The notes beneath the pieces were generated by a model. It did no database searches and had not been told where the DNA came from. It was given only the letters and a program-made list of their open reading frames with translations. A program made the translations under genes and the position numbers. A stretch of 64,000 nucleotides of DNA from Cetorhinus maximus (taxonomy: Eukaryota): positions 22,196,001-22,260,000 of the forward strand of contig NC_135906.1 of assembly GCF_964194155.1 (NCBI RefSeq), written 5' to 3'. This document shows, piece by piece, positions 9,641 through 23,299 of the stretch (within the stretch, counting starts at the first letter, position 1; each line of letters begins with the position of its first letter).

Positions 9641-11990
9641 TAAAGGCTGAGACTGAAAATCAAACTGCTTTGTTCAGTGTGACACTGTATAATGTATACA
9701 TGAGAGGTTGGCACTATTTACTGTCCCTACAGCTAGGTAGTCCCACAAACCTGTGATTCAGAAATGACTATAATGGAATTCTCTTAGTTCTGAGCACTGC
9801 TGTAATTCTCGTCTACAAATAATGACTATAGTTTATGGTAAATCATGAGCTTTATCATGTGGTAGTTCCTTTACAGTGGCAAAGAACTGTTGCGCTCAGT
9901 AAGAAGGTTTTTGTTCTTGCACTCAATCAGGAAATTCACCTTTGGAATTATATTGATAATTGTGATTGCAACCAGGGGCGTTTTGAATAGCACACCCTAT
10001 GAGCTGGGGCCTGTGGTGCTGCCAAGCCACCAGTGCTGATGGTGACTAAAATCAATAATCCTGACCAAGTTATTGTGGGCTTTTCTTTATTGTCCTGCCC
10101 AAAAGCTTGAGCGACATACTGTGACCAATGAACAATCCTGAATTCTAATAACCCTTTATATTTAGGCCAAATTCTGCAGCCTTTAATTTTGCTTTATCTA
10201 TTTGTGTCCTCTTGGTCTGTACACATGCTGTGTACAGATGAGCTATTCCCAGGCCTTAACAAAGAGTTTCTCACTCCCACCTACCTCCAGCATTCTGCCA
10301 CTCCTCCCTTCAAGTGTTGTCAGATCCTTTAGGAACATAGGGAATAGGAGCAGGAGTAGGCCATTTGGCCCCTCTAGCCTGCTGCGCCATTTAACTGGAC
10401 CATGGCTGATCATCTACCTCGACGCCTTTACATTATAGGAATAAAGTTGTTGATCTTCGAGCAGTCGTTCCCACTGAGTGCACGAGAAACGCATTGGAAG
10501 CAGGTCTAAAGGGGAGATGAGGAGAAATCATTTCATTTGAGTTGTCGGGATCTGGAATGTCCATCTGAAAAGATGTGGAAGTTGATTCCATCAATAATTT
10601 TAAAAGGGAGTTGGATCAGTACTTACGGGAATTTACAAGGTTATGGGCAAAAAACTGAGTATAGGTCTAAGAACAACTGCTCTCCCAAGGAGCCAGGACA
10701 GGTGATTTCCTTCTTATTGATAACCCTTGTGACCTGTGGCAAATAGTTCAATAACATGTTGCCAAGTCTGTGTCAATACCAGTCTTGGGTGTAAGTCCAC
10801 ACAAGATAGGGCTTGACTTGGATATTTGCCTGGCGTGTGGTTTAAAATGGGTGACACAGATGTACTCATTCCATGGTATGTGTCAGTCAGTAATGTCTTG
10901 AGTTAATTGTATTGAAAAGCAAACCTCTTCAGAGTTGCATGTCTCATGGCGTCCCCATCATGGAATACCGGATTATATTTTGCCGAATGGTTCACTGGGT
11001 TTCGATTCAATGAGTAGCTGAGCAATTCAGAGCAGTTAAGTACCAGGTTGTGCCAAGTTGTAGAGGAGATTACGATTGCCCTGAGCATCCCTCGGTGTGG
11101 GGAAGACTATTGGACATGGCCAGAACAGACTGAAAGAATTGTTGCCTGCTTAGCTTAAATACCTTGAGATTGGATCAGTCATATTACAGAATGTGATCCG
11201 TAAATTGACTAATATCTGATGCTCAGCAAAGCTAGTTAATATTTGACACACAGTTAAGATGAGTGTTTATGTTGAATCTTGAATCTCGGAAGTTTGTGAG
11301 GGGTCTTTTGACGAAGTTAATTTCTATCTGTCAAGTCGCACAGGCATCAGGAATCGAGCTGTCAAACTTCCACCTCAGGTTTCTCTCCCTCTGCTTTTCT
11401 GAGGTTAGAAAGTGAACTCACCTAGTACTGTCCAAAGGCTGCATGGCTGAGGTAGGAAAAGTGAAGATCTAATTTGCCTTTTAACTGTTCTGTGGCTCCA
11501 CGTGGAGAACCTGACTCCACACAATTTTGTGGGCAGGGCACAGTAGGAGAGATACTAAAGTTATACTAAGTGTCCCCAAGCTAAGGAGATAAAAGGATCA
11601 GCCAGGGTTCTCGCTCCAGATCACTATTTGGTGACTCCTCCTGACTGAGTGAGGATAGGATATGGCCTGGCTGTACTGCCCTCAGAATGCTACGTCGACA
11701 TTCTTAAGTTTGCAGATCTAAAATGGCCACGTGGGCGAGATACTGCAGATAGCTGACAATACCAAAGCTGAAGTCCATATCCGGGAGAGGCAAAATACTA
11801 AGAGGCAGTGAATGAGATGAATCTGAAATGAAACAGAACAGAACTAGTTCTCCATTTAACATGAATCTTCAACGTGGATATGAAAAGGTTTTGAAGTCAG
11901 ACTGTCAGGTGTAAATTAATGCCCCACAAAAAGCTTTTGAGCAGCCATGAGAATGTTAAAAGCTTCTTTCTGTGTTACCTTGTGCTGCAG

Positions 11991-12154
11991 CCTTGGAAAG
12001 TCTAGGCTTTGGATCGTACATAACTGAAGTAAAGGAGGTTCTGCGGGAATGCAAGACAGTTGCCCTGGAAAGGAGGAAGGCCAGCTCTCGCTTGGAAAAC
12101 CTCGGGATACCGGAAGAAGAACTGCTACGCCAGCAGCAAGAGTTGTTTGCAAAA
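11991..12154 (+). CDS. DR1: DR1/NC2-beta-like coding exon 2
   Basis: tgctgcag|CC TTG GAA...GCA AAA|gtaagg; 164 nt. Translates ALESLGFGSYITEVKEVLRECKTVALERRKASSRLENLGIPEEELLRQQQELFAK, near-identical to DR1. Confidence 0.95.
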
Positions 12155-15116
12155 GTAAGGAAAGTTGCTCAGTATTTTTGAAACGTATAGTTTTGTTTCT
12201 CCTTTTAAGTCACCCCCCAGCTCCTCAAAACTGGAGCTTTTGGACCCCCCACCCCTACACTTGTTCTCTTACATTAAAATCTGAGCTTGGTGATCTTTAA
12301 TCAATAGTTCCTTATTTCTCTTGTCATGCAACAAAACTGACACATGAGGTATTGTGCACAATTCATCTGGACTCCTCGCCTTGGTTGTCGATGGAAACAG
12401 CCCATCATAAAGGGCTTTTTTGAGGAAGTGCGAAAGCTATAGCAGCCCAACAAATCAGTGAATATTTCTCCTCAATACCTGAAATGCAAAATTATAAAAC
12501 GTTAAACACTATAACAAATTCTGGAAGGCACCCAAACAATGACACCCTGAATTCTGATTGTGGCCACTATTCTGAATACAGTTTTCCTGTAACTCTATTT
12601 ACTATTTGGCAGCCAGACTCTCTGGAGTCTACAAGCCGTTATTAACACCACAAACTGTTGCTTTCTTCCATGTTATTCAGGTGACCACATAACCGTGCTG
12701 TAAGATAACAGTCCATCTGCCATCACAAGAGGTGTTAGCTGTGCTGATGGTACTAGAAACTGGGTCAGACTTTTTTCTAAATGATTTTGTGCCTTTTTCA
12801 AAAAGAAAATTGTAAAACAAATTTGGTATATTTACTTCTTTCACATTTTAGATTAATGTGCTGCACACCATTTCCCAGTTAAGCCTCTGCTAAGGTGACC
12901 TGCTTTTAGGCACCTGTCTGCAGTCCAGCCAACAACAGCCATTTCTCTAATACCACAAATGAACAGGACAGCGTCCAAACATTACAGCCAGACGCTGAGT
13001 GAACGAGGAGGAGGGACAGAGAACAGGAAAATGAGTTGGGGCTGGGATTGCCAACAAATGATCAAAATAAATGCAGCTTCTTAAAACAGAAAGGAAAACA
13101 GTAAGGCAGAGGAATTTTGGAAGGAAGTACCAGAATATGGGTTTACAAAGAATGTACACAGAAATGGGCCATTCAACCCAACTGGTCTAGGCCGGTGTTA
13201 TGTTCCATGCGGGCCTTCTCCCCTCCTTGCTTCTTCTCACCCTATCAGCAATTTCCTTTCTTCCTCATGTAGTTATCCAGCTTCCCCTTAAAAACATCAA
13301 ATACAGGATGTATAAGCTAAAGAGAACAGGGAACAAGCAGTGGATGGTGTCGGAGGAGCAGAGGGTTTGTACAGGGACAAGTGGCTGGAGAAGACGGAAA
13401 TGGTAGACTCAAGCGAGACCATGAAGGGAGTTGGACATGGTCTTGTAATCGATCTGTTGGGGTCAAAGAAGCCATGGAAGCATTGTAAGGACAAGAGTGC
13501 AGCTTGCGCCATAGCACTTTGGACTGGATGTTACTTCTTGGAAGCTGGCAAGGAGAGCATTTTGACTTTAAGGCTGGAGGTGGTGATAGCACAAGGCAGA
13601 CAGTGAGTGTCAGCAGGCCTTTTGACTGCCCACACATTTGTATACTTCCCAGTAGGAAATATTAACAATGATGAGGAGCTGCTGGGTGAATCTGCAAAGA
13701 GAATTGGTCGTGCTCCAACCTAAAATCCTGCTGGGATCAGCAGAGTTAGCACAGACTGGGGATTAAATGTGGGACCTTGCTGGTCTGTGTGGCCTGGCTC
13801 CACAGTGAATTTATTCACTGTAAACTATAACGAGGAGCTTGCAAACCAACATGTCCCTCTCGGTGCAGCAAGTTTGTAAGTTGAGCTTCTCTGCTAGTAG
13901 GAATTGTGAAAGTTAGATCCTACTGTGATGTGAAGGAACTTCAGCAGCGTTCTCTGACCAGTGCACTCCATGCAAATCCCCTCGAATTAAGTTCAGCTTC
14001 CTTTTGCAGGATATGGTGCTCTTCGGGAAATTGCACTGTCATTGAGGTTAAATTGTCATTCTTGGATGCAGTACCAAAGTGGAGCTTTACTCAGCCGTGG
14101 GTCAGACCTTCAATTTTTCCAATCTGTTCCGGATCTTTGAGAAGCTTCCTAATGACTCATCTGAGTTCCCAGCTAGGAGTATTGGTAATTATGCAGCTTT
14201 AGGCTGGGTGGATGCCTCTTGATTATAGGTTAAAAGAATTTAGAACATGAGAAATAGGAGCAGTAGTAGGCCATTCGGCCCCTCGGGTCTGCCATGCCAT
14301 TCAGTAAGATCATGGCTGATCTGCCCCAGGCCCCAACTCTTCTTTCATGCCAGCTCTTCATAGCCCTCAACTCTTTGATATTTCAAAAATATATCCACCT
14401 CCTCTTTAAATACTTTGTTATCTAGCCCCCACAACTCTCTTTGGCCAATGGCCGTGGGTGTACCTGTATTGCAAGGTGATTCACACAGATGCAAGTTTGA
14501 TCCCTAGTCTATACTAAGCAACAGCTTCCATTTATATAGTTTCCTTAACAATTAAACATCCCAACACGCTTCACAGGGGCATTATCAGATATTTGACACC
14601 GAGCCACATAAGATATTAGAATGGGTGACCAAAAGGCTTGGTCAAAGAGATGTTTTAAGCAGAGTCTTAAAGGAGGAGGGAGAGGTTTAGTAAAGAATCC
14701 GTAGCATTTTGGGCTTAGATCGCTGAATGTGCAGCTGCCAATGGTAGAGCAAGAAAATTGAGGATGTGCAAGAGACCAGCAGCGGAGGAGTGCAGAGATC
14801 ACTGCAAGGATCCTGCATTTGGCCCATAATCCGAGAAAAAAATCCTTCAGTTATTGTCCTCCTTCACCAGTCAGTGAAATTGAATGGAAAGTGGATTTGG
14901 GATGAGGATGGAATCAGATTGAGCCAATTGGGCTGTTTAAAGATCAAAAACTAAATATTTCTATTGCATCTTTTCCAGTCCTAAGAATGTCCCAAAGTGC
15001 TTTACAGCCAATTAAGTACATTTGAAGTCACTGTTGTAATATAGGAAATGCCACAACCAAATTGAGCACAGCAAGCTCCCACAAACAACAATAAAATGAG
15101 GACCAGATGGTCTGAT

Positions 15117-15363
15117 AAAAGCAAAGAACTGCGGATGCTGGAAATCCAAAACAGAAACAGAAATACCTGGAAAAACTCAGCAGGTCTGGCAGCATCGGCA
15201 GAGAAGAGCACAGTTGACGTTTCGAGTCCTCATGACCAACCCCCCTGCTTTATATTTCATCCCTTTCCTATTTTTACTTAGTTCTGTTGAAGGGTCATGA
15301 GGACTCGAAACGTCAACTTTGCTCTTCTCCGCCGATGCTGCCAGACCTGCTGAGTTTTTCCAG
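15117..15363. mobile_element. Penelope-derived hairpin element with hammerhead-like motif, inserted in a DeuSINE in DR1-like intron 2
   Basis: 71-bp inverted arms (15167-15237 / 15293-15363, 2 mismatches); 14-bp TSD ccagatggtctgat at 15103-15116 and 15360-15373. Confidence 0.75.
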
Positions 15364-16057
15364 ATGGTCTGATGTTTAGGGACAAATGTTATCCGAAAAC
15401 ACCATAGACAACTCCACTGCTATTCAGAATAATGCTGTCTGAAAGAGTGCACCTTGCTCAGCACTGCACTACACTGTCTGCCTAGACTTTGTGCGCAAGT
15501 CTTTGGAATGAGCCTCTGACTGAAACGAGAATGCTACCCACTGAACCATGGCTGACACCTTGAAGAGTATCACTTGGGTGAGGTACCAGAGTGCTCAGTG
15601 CCAGTGAAACTTAATCTCCACAAGAATCGATGCCACGAGAAGAGGGGGAGAAAATTGGGTGAAGTAACTGAATTCATAGATGTGCAAACTAGACCAAGAT
15701 GCAAGGTGGCTGCTTCTCCCTTCCCATCCTGAAAGCATTGTCGCCTAGTAGGAGTTGTAGGATTACACATTATCAAGCTCTCCGATATATCGCCTCAGTC
15801 CCTAATGTCTGTGCAGAGATCTTAAATGTATCAGCGAGCCTCAACCATGGGAAGGTATCACCAGTCAAACTTAACCCAGTCTGGACACATGCTGGAGTGG
15901 GAACCTGAATCAATTTTTCTTCACCTTCCCTAACCCGAAGGATGCGGAACCTGTATATAGTGCACTTTCTCCCTCTCACCCCCACCCAAGACCCCCAGCC
16001 CCACAAGCAAGAGAGATCTGATTTGAACAACTGACTTTGTCACTTTCCTCCCCTCAG

Positions 16058-16195
16058 GCTCGACAGCAGCAGGCAGAGCTGGCGCAGCAGGAGTGGCTAC
16101 AGATGCAACAAGCCGCCCAGCAGGCACAGCTTGCAGCAGCGACCGCTAACAAGGCTGGCTCCTCACAGGACGAGGAAGAGGAGGAGGACACCTAA
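16058..16195 (+). CDS. DR1: DR1/NC2-beta-like last coding exon (Gln/Ala-rich region and acidic tail)
   Basis: ttcctcccctcag|GCT CGA CAG...; translates ARQQQAELAQQEWLQMQQAAQQAQLAAATANKAGSSQDEEEEEDT* in phase 0 with exon 2. Confidence 0.95.
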   Translation, partial: ARQQQAELAQQEWLQMQQAAQQAQLAAATANKAGSSQDEEEEEDT

Positions 16196-16608
16196 GCTGT
16201 CGCTCAGGACGTCTCGCTCCCCTTTCTAAAACTGCTCCCATCCACTCACGTTCTGCCGAGTCCCACAATGGCAGTGCAGGTGGTCATCGGTCGGCATCTG
16301 CCTTGTGTCGACGGCTGGAAACTGAAGAGTCGGTTGCAAAATTTTAACAGACTAGCCTAAAACAGGGAAAAAAAAACCACGATATTGTGCATTTGGACTT
16401 GCTGGATTTAAAAACGTGACATGGCCTGAGCAGGACAGTGTACATGCATGGACTTTCAGACCATAAAATGGATTTTTATATACTTAAGATTTTGGTTAAT
16501 TGGAGTAAAGTGTTAAACAGATAAAAGTTCCTGTTGAACATATATTTTGTGGGTTTTATTAACGTGTTCGGTAATTGAAGACTAAGTTGCCTTGTTTACA
16601 GTAATGAT

Positions 16609-16614
16609 AATAAA
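16609..16614 (+). terminator. Candidate polyadenylation signal of the DR1-like gene
   Basis: AATAAA about 410 nt after the stop codon, followed by U/GU-rich sequence at about 16640-16700. Confidence 0.55.
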
Positions 16615-19600
16615 AGTGGAGTAGACATTCCCTTCTGACTGTGACATTTTTTGTGCTTTCTAATTTGTATTTGTTTAATTGCATCCTGTTTTTACTTTGT
16701 AACAAAAATGTTTGTGGACTATTTATCATCATGCTGTGTCATTTGGCAGTCACTGTTTTTCTTAATTTGCTCTCTGAATGAGGGCATCGCTAGCAAGGTC
16801 AAACAAATATTGCCTGTCTCCAGTTGCCTTGATGTCAATGTTGGACCCCCCCATCAGATATCTATATGGTGTGAATGGCTTGCTGGGGGTGCTTCAGAGC
16901 TTAAGAATTGTGTAGACTCCCTTCCCTGAAGGATATTTGTGAATAGGTCTGGGTGCTGCTTTCTTTTTTTTTGAATGGCTTTAGGATCAGAAGCTGTCGT
17001 CACAGTTTTAATGTCAAGTTCCCTAACCAGCCCAGTCCCCCTACTGGAGAGCAAGTCAAACACCGGGACGTCGCCCTCGAACTTGAGTCGGGAGGGCAAG
17101 ATGTTACGTGCTCCGTGGTTTGGCCAAGGTTACCGCAGTCTCATCCGGGCGAAGTTTTGAGGTGCTAATTGTACATCAGCTGGCCACGTCCAATCCATAT
17201 GCTACTTAGGATTGTCCACGTGCTCCGGGGAAGACTGAAGCCTTTTGTGCTAATCAGGCGGCCTTCTGGGCTATTTGTAACGGAGGGGGAGATTGGTGCC
17301 TGTAACCTGTACCTGCATCCATGCGTGGGTCTGCACCTGCCGAGCTGCTTCCCCGGGTCTGGAAGGATAATGATAGTGGTGGAAATTAAAATGCTAAACA
17401 GCCATCATTGCTCATTAAACAGAACTCAAAACGCCCAGAAGAAAAACCCATTTTGTAACTGATCCAACCTGGTTTTAAGTTCCATGGAAATGCAACTGAG
17501 GCAGCTAGCTATTTTAAGCAACATGTCAAAACTATAATTCCATTTAGATTGTTTTTATCCCTTTTAATTTGACTTCTGAATCATTGCATGGTAAGCACTG
17601 GGAATTAACTGGTACATAACCACGCAAGGGTATAATTAATCCTTGTAAATGTGTTCATTTCCACTTACGTTTACAGAAATTAGAGGGTAATAGTTTTTTT
17701 TTCTCTTAGATGTTTCATAATAAGCAGCAGGTACCTCTGATATCTCAGCTGTTTTAACTCAGTTGTACTGACCAGAAGGTCTCAGTTAGATTCCCGGTGC
17801 TGAATTAGCTGATCAAGGGGCAGCAATTTAGATTTTACAATTGCTTCCAATGCTCCTGGAAGCGACAGGGAATTTTGAACCTGGCTCCAGCACATGCATT
17901 TACCACAATGTGGGTGATTTGTTATTTTTTTTTTTTAAATATTATTTCCTTTATCTTGCCTCCTGGGCAGACATTAGGGGTGCCACAAGTGAGGAGCGAG
18001 GGGGAAAATCAGCCAGGTGTCATGGTCCGAATAACAATCTAGGCTCAACCACCTAGAAAGTCCAGGGCTGTGTGGGAATGCCACCAGCGCCTGCAAGTTC
18101 CTCTCCAAGCCACCCACCATCCTGACTTGGAAACATATTACCTTTCCTTCACTGTAGCCGCGTCCTGGAACTCCCTCTCGACACAGTTCAAGGGAATGGC
18201 TCATCACCAGCGTCTCATGGGGAATTACAGATGGGTGTGCAGGAACAGGCAGCAAGGCTGGCCTTTTCGATGATGCTCATGTTCCATGAATTTTTTTTAA
18301 AAATGATGCCCTTATAGTCAAAAAGCCTGTTGACAGTTACTGCCAGGGCTTGCACATAAACAATGACCTCTACCATAGAATGACGAGTATCTATTAAACT
18401 GTACCCAAGAGAGGGGGAGAGAGAGGAAGAAACGTTGATAAATGAAAGCGCACATGTATTGCATGATCGGTCTGGTGTTGCATTCCTGCAAGGGCTGGAT
18501 TGTTCTGAACACATGCATTACTATCACAGCCCATTAGGTGGCACAGGTTATACATTTTACTGCCTAGAGCAATTTCCATTTGAGTAAATGTTCATCTATT
18601 TCAACATTTTTAAAAATTTGTTAAACAAGATGGTGCATAGCTACCAGCATATATTAACATGATTATATTCTGTGCATAAAAACACTAATTAATGCTTGCA
18701 GTAAATACCAAACATATCTGTGGAAGTACTAATTATTTTACATCATACCCTCAAACATGCTGGCTTATGGTGCAGCAGGCCCATCATGTTCTGTGTATGA
18801 GCGCTGGGAGATGATTCAACTGTTGGGACAACACTGGATATTCGCACAAATGTACTTTCCAGCAAGGGGTCACTCAGTAGCAGTCAGAGGTGGTAGAACA
18901 TCCTCTCCTTGGCCCAAGACTCTTACCCCTAATTGCAACGCTGGCCCCCATTAATCTCAGCTATCTCATCACCCACCTGGATTGTCCTTGTTCTGTGCCA
19001 AACAGCTTTGTTGCATTTATTTGCTGAGGAACCCAAAACAAATCTTCAACCATTTTGGAGAATCAGCCAACTGTTACCAGCACAGAAAAATACAGCTGGC
19101 TAACTGTACCAGTTACAACCGAGGCTAATTTATTTTTAATTCTCCAAATGTGAGGTTCGCTGGTTAGACCAGAATCTATTGCTCCTTTTTAGGTGCCCTG
19201 AGTAATGGTTTGATGTTACTAAGTGACTTGCTAGGCCTCCTTCAGAGGGAAGTTAAATGTCAACCATGTTGGCAGGGGACTAGAGTCTCGTGGATTCAGA
19301 CCAAGAGTTTTTCTTTCCTGAAGGACGTTAGTGAACCTGATGGGGTTTATTTTTTACAGTACACTAATTTCATGGACATCGTTGCTGATACTGTTTATAT
19401 ATTCCAGATTTATTCGATTGAATTTAAATTTCCCCAGCAGCCATGTTGGATATTTGAGCTCACTTCACTGAATTATTAGTCCAGGCCCAGGGATTACTAA
19501 TCCAGTAACATAACTATACCATCGTATGCTTCAACCGCTCCTTGTGGTTCCAAATCCTCACCTGCTGTGTGTAGCCACTCCTACCAGGAGATCTGCTATC

Positions 19601-20074
19601 ACGGTATGCAACACGCTCACACATCCACTGTAGCTCATCTGCAATCACTCTCTGGCGTCCGTCATCCAACTACGCCCAGGTCAACCCCTCTTTTTGCTGC
19701 CCTCCAGATGAGATCTTTGTAGGTTTTCAGTTCTGATCAAATACTGACATTTTCCTTTCTTGATGTCACTTTTTAGAGTTTTTTTTTGCTCTTGTAATTT
19801 CAAGCATCTATGCTCTTACTTGTCTTATGGTCTCACCCAATTCACTACCCCAACGCCCATAAGTACCTCTTCATAAGTGCTAAAATAATGAATGCCCTCC
19901 ACCTGTTTATCCTTACTCTTAAATTATTCAATTGACAATTACCACTCATGGCTTAAAACGTTCTTCCTCTTCTGCCCTCCCCTCCTATCTGTGCTCAAAA
20001 CCTTAAACCTGTACCCCCTAGCCCCGGTGCATCAGCTAATTGTAACAATTTTTCTTTTATCTACTTTATCCAAA

Positions 20075-21160
20075 CATAGGGATACAGGAAATAGGAGCAG
20101 GAATAGGCCATTCAGCCCCTCAAATCTGCTCCACAATTCAACTGCATCATGGCTAATCTTCTACCTCAATGCCATTTTCCCGCACTATCCCCATATCCCT
20201 TGATGCCTTTAATATCTAAAAATCTGTCGATCCCTGTCTTGAACATACTCAATGACTGAACCTCCATAGCCCCCTGAGATAGAGAAGTCCAAAGATTCAC
20301 CACCCTCTGGGTGAAGAAATTTCTCCCCATCTCAGTCCTAAATGGCCTATTCCATATTCTGAAACTGTGTCCCTGGTTCTAGATGCCCCCACCATGGGGA
20401 AACATCCTTCCTGCACCTACCCTGTTGAGCCCTGTAAGAATTTTGTATGTTTGAATGAGATCACCTCTCATTCTTCTAAACTCTAAAGAATACAGGCCCA
20501 GTCTCCTCAATCTCTCCTCACTGGACAGTCCTGCCATCTGAGGAATCAGTCTGGTGAACCTTCCCTGCACTCTCTCTATGACAAGTATATCCTTCCTTAG
20601 GTCAGAGACCAAAACTGCACACACTACTCCAGGTGTGATCTCACCAAGGCCCTATATAATTGCAGTAAGACCTCTTTACTCCTGTATTCAAATCCTCTTG
20701 CAATAAAGGCTAACACACCATTTACCTTCCTAATTGCTTGCTGCATCCGCAGGTTAGTTTTCAGTGACTCATGAACAATGACACCCAGGTCCCTTTGGAC
20801 ATCAGCACTTCCCAGTCTCTCACCATTTAAGAAATACTCTGCATTTCTACTTGTCCCACCAAAATGGATAACTTTGCATTTTTCCATATTATAATCCACC
20901 TGCCATGTTCTTGCCCACTCACTTAGTCTGTGCAAACCCACTTGAAGCCTCTTTGCATCCCCTTCACAACTCATATTCCCATCTAATGCTGTGTCATCAG
21001 CAAACTTGGAAACATCACAATTGATTCCCACATCTAAATCATTGATATTGATTGTGAATAGCTGGGACCCAAGCACTGATGCTTGCATCACTCCACTAGT
21101 CACAGTCTGCTAATCTGAGAATGACCCGTTTATTCCTATTCTCTGCTTTCTGTCTGTAAA
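20075..21160 (-). mobile_element. 5'-truncated CR1 LINE nested in an older CR1 fragment
   Basis: ORFs 20624-21103 and 20379-20624 contain SVLGSQLF..INDLD, KFADDT and RVQGRFTRLIP RT motifs. Confidence 0.9.
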
Positions 21161-23299
21161 CGTGTCCATAATCATGCACACCTTCATCAGATCACCCCTC
21201 AATCTGCTTTGCTCCAAGGAGAACAACCTCAGCTTCTACAATCTAACCTTAAATTCCCTCATCCCTGGAACCATTCTGGTAAATCTCCTCTGCATCCTCT
21301 TACGAAACTTTGCATCCTTCCTAAAACTTGGTGACTCTCTGTATTAAATGCATCTACTTCCACTCTTCCCCACAAATGCAAACATTTCCTCTATGTCTAA
21401 TTATCAAAATCTTTCATAATTTTAAAGATGTAAATCAGCTCACCCCCTTCAGCTTTCTGTTTTCAAGAGAAAAGGGACCAAGACTTTGCATCCTTTCCCG
21501 ATAGGTTTAACCTCGCAGTTCTGAAATCATCCTTATGAATAGTTTTTTCACTTTTTTTTTGCAAATCTGTTTTGTTGCCTGAGTATTTGTCCTGAAATGC
21601 CAGTTGTGGGGAATATTGCATCTTCCCAATCCACAACCCGTGGCAGCATCAGACATGGTGCAACCAGCGGCTAAGTAAAGCTCCCTTGACCTGTGCTGAT
21701 CGAATGCCTTTGGGACCAATTCTCACACCAGCCACAAGTGGGATTGTCAACCTGTGCTGAATAATGGGCAGCTCTGCACTATAAGTCCTCATCCACTGGG
21801 AATTTTATCGAGCGTACTCAAACTCATTTCGCATGGAATCCTTGCAGGCAACGAAGGGGGAAATCACTCATCTCATCAGCATGCTTTGAATTTAATTGCA
21901 AATCCCTTTGGTAAGAAACCCTAGTCCCCGACAACCTCTCTTCCTGTTAAATGGTCTGCTTCTGAAGGAAACCCTATAATTCTCCGAGAACTCTGCATTC
22001 CTCCACTTTGGACATTTTGTGTATCCCCCACTTCCTTCCTTGCACCATTAGGGGCCATACCAGCTATCTAGGCCCTAAACTTTGAAATTCCTTCCCTAAA
22101 CCCCTCCTCCTTTAAGACTCTCTTTAAAGACTACCTCTTTAACCATGCTCCATAATGTCTCCTTCTTTGGTTCAGTGTTATTTTTTTTAACTGATTACTC
22201 TCCTTTTGAAGAACCATGTGACATTTTACTGTGTTAAAGACCCTATGTAGAAGCACATTGTTTTATTTTTTGTGGAAAAAGATTTGTTCCGAATTGATGG
22301 TAGAAGACAAGGGGGGTGGGAGTTTTTAAAAAGAAAATGACAGGGGCACAACGAAGCAAAGTGATTCTCTGTGCGTTTGTTCGGTGAGATTAGAGAGAAG
22401 GTTAAGTCGTGTTTCTGTCTCTATTACCTTTCTGGAGATGTTAAGAAAACAGAGGTTGTGAGTTGTGAGAGTTTACTCTCGGCACCCTGCACAGCTGCTT
22501 TTACATTGTTCTCTGTACCAACGTTACACCGTCATCAAGCGTTTAGCACCGGTACAGGCCATTCTGCCCAACTGGTATCTGCGACGTTTCGGCTGACGAG
22601 CGAGCCTCCTCCCACCTCTCCTGATCTAACACCGAGGAAAGTATAGAGATTATCTGCATTACAGCTAAACAGGTGTAACAACCTGTATTCCTGACACTGC
22701 CGGAAGATCTAACCCACTAGGAGCCTGGCTGAGGAGATTGTGATCTGAGAAGAAAACCCATCAATGCTGGAAGGATTCATAATCTGCTGTTTTCCATTCC
22801 ACTTTAGATGGAATGTTACAGCCTTGGAGAGAGTGTGGAGGAGATTTACCAGAATGGTACCAGGCATGAGGGGTTTGGATTATCTGCAGAGACTAGAGAA
22901 GCTGGAATAAAAACAGAAAATGCTGGAAATACTCAGCAAGTCAGGCAGCGTCGGTGGAGAGAGAAACGGGGTTAACGTCACAGGCTGATGACCTTTCAGT
23001 GGAAGTTAGAATTGTTCTCCTCAGAGCAGAGAAGGTTGCAGAGGGATTTAGTAGAGGTCTTCAAATCCATGAAAGGTTTTGATTGAGTAGAAAGGAAGGA
23101 ACTGTTTCTGCTGTAAGTGGGAAAGTGGTCTCAGATTTCTGTAACTTCTGCAGTTCAGTTTCCATATTACACAGCAGAAATGAACAAGAACATACAATGT
23201 TAACAGGCTGGAATTGAACCAGCAAGCAATGAGACTAGACACTTAATACCTTCCCCCACCCGCAGCCATCTAATCTCCTGGAAGAGGCAAAACAAAACT

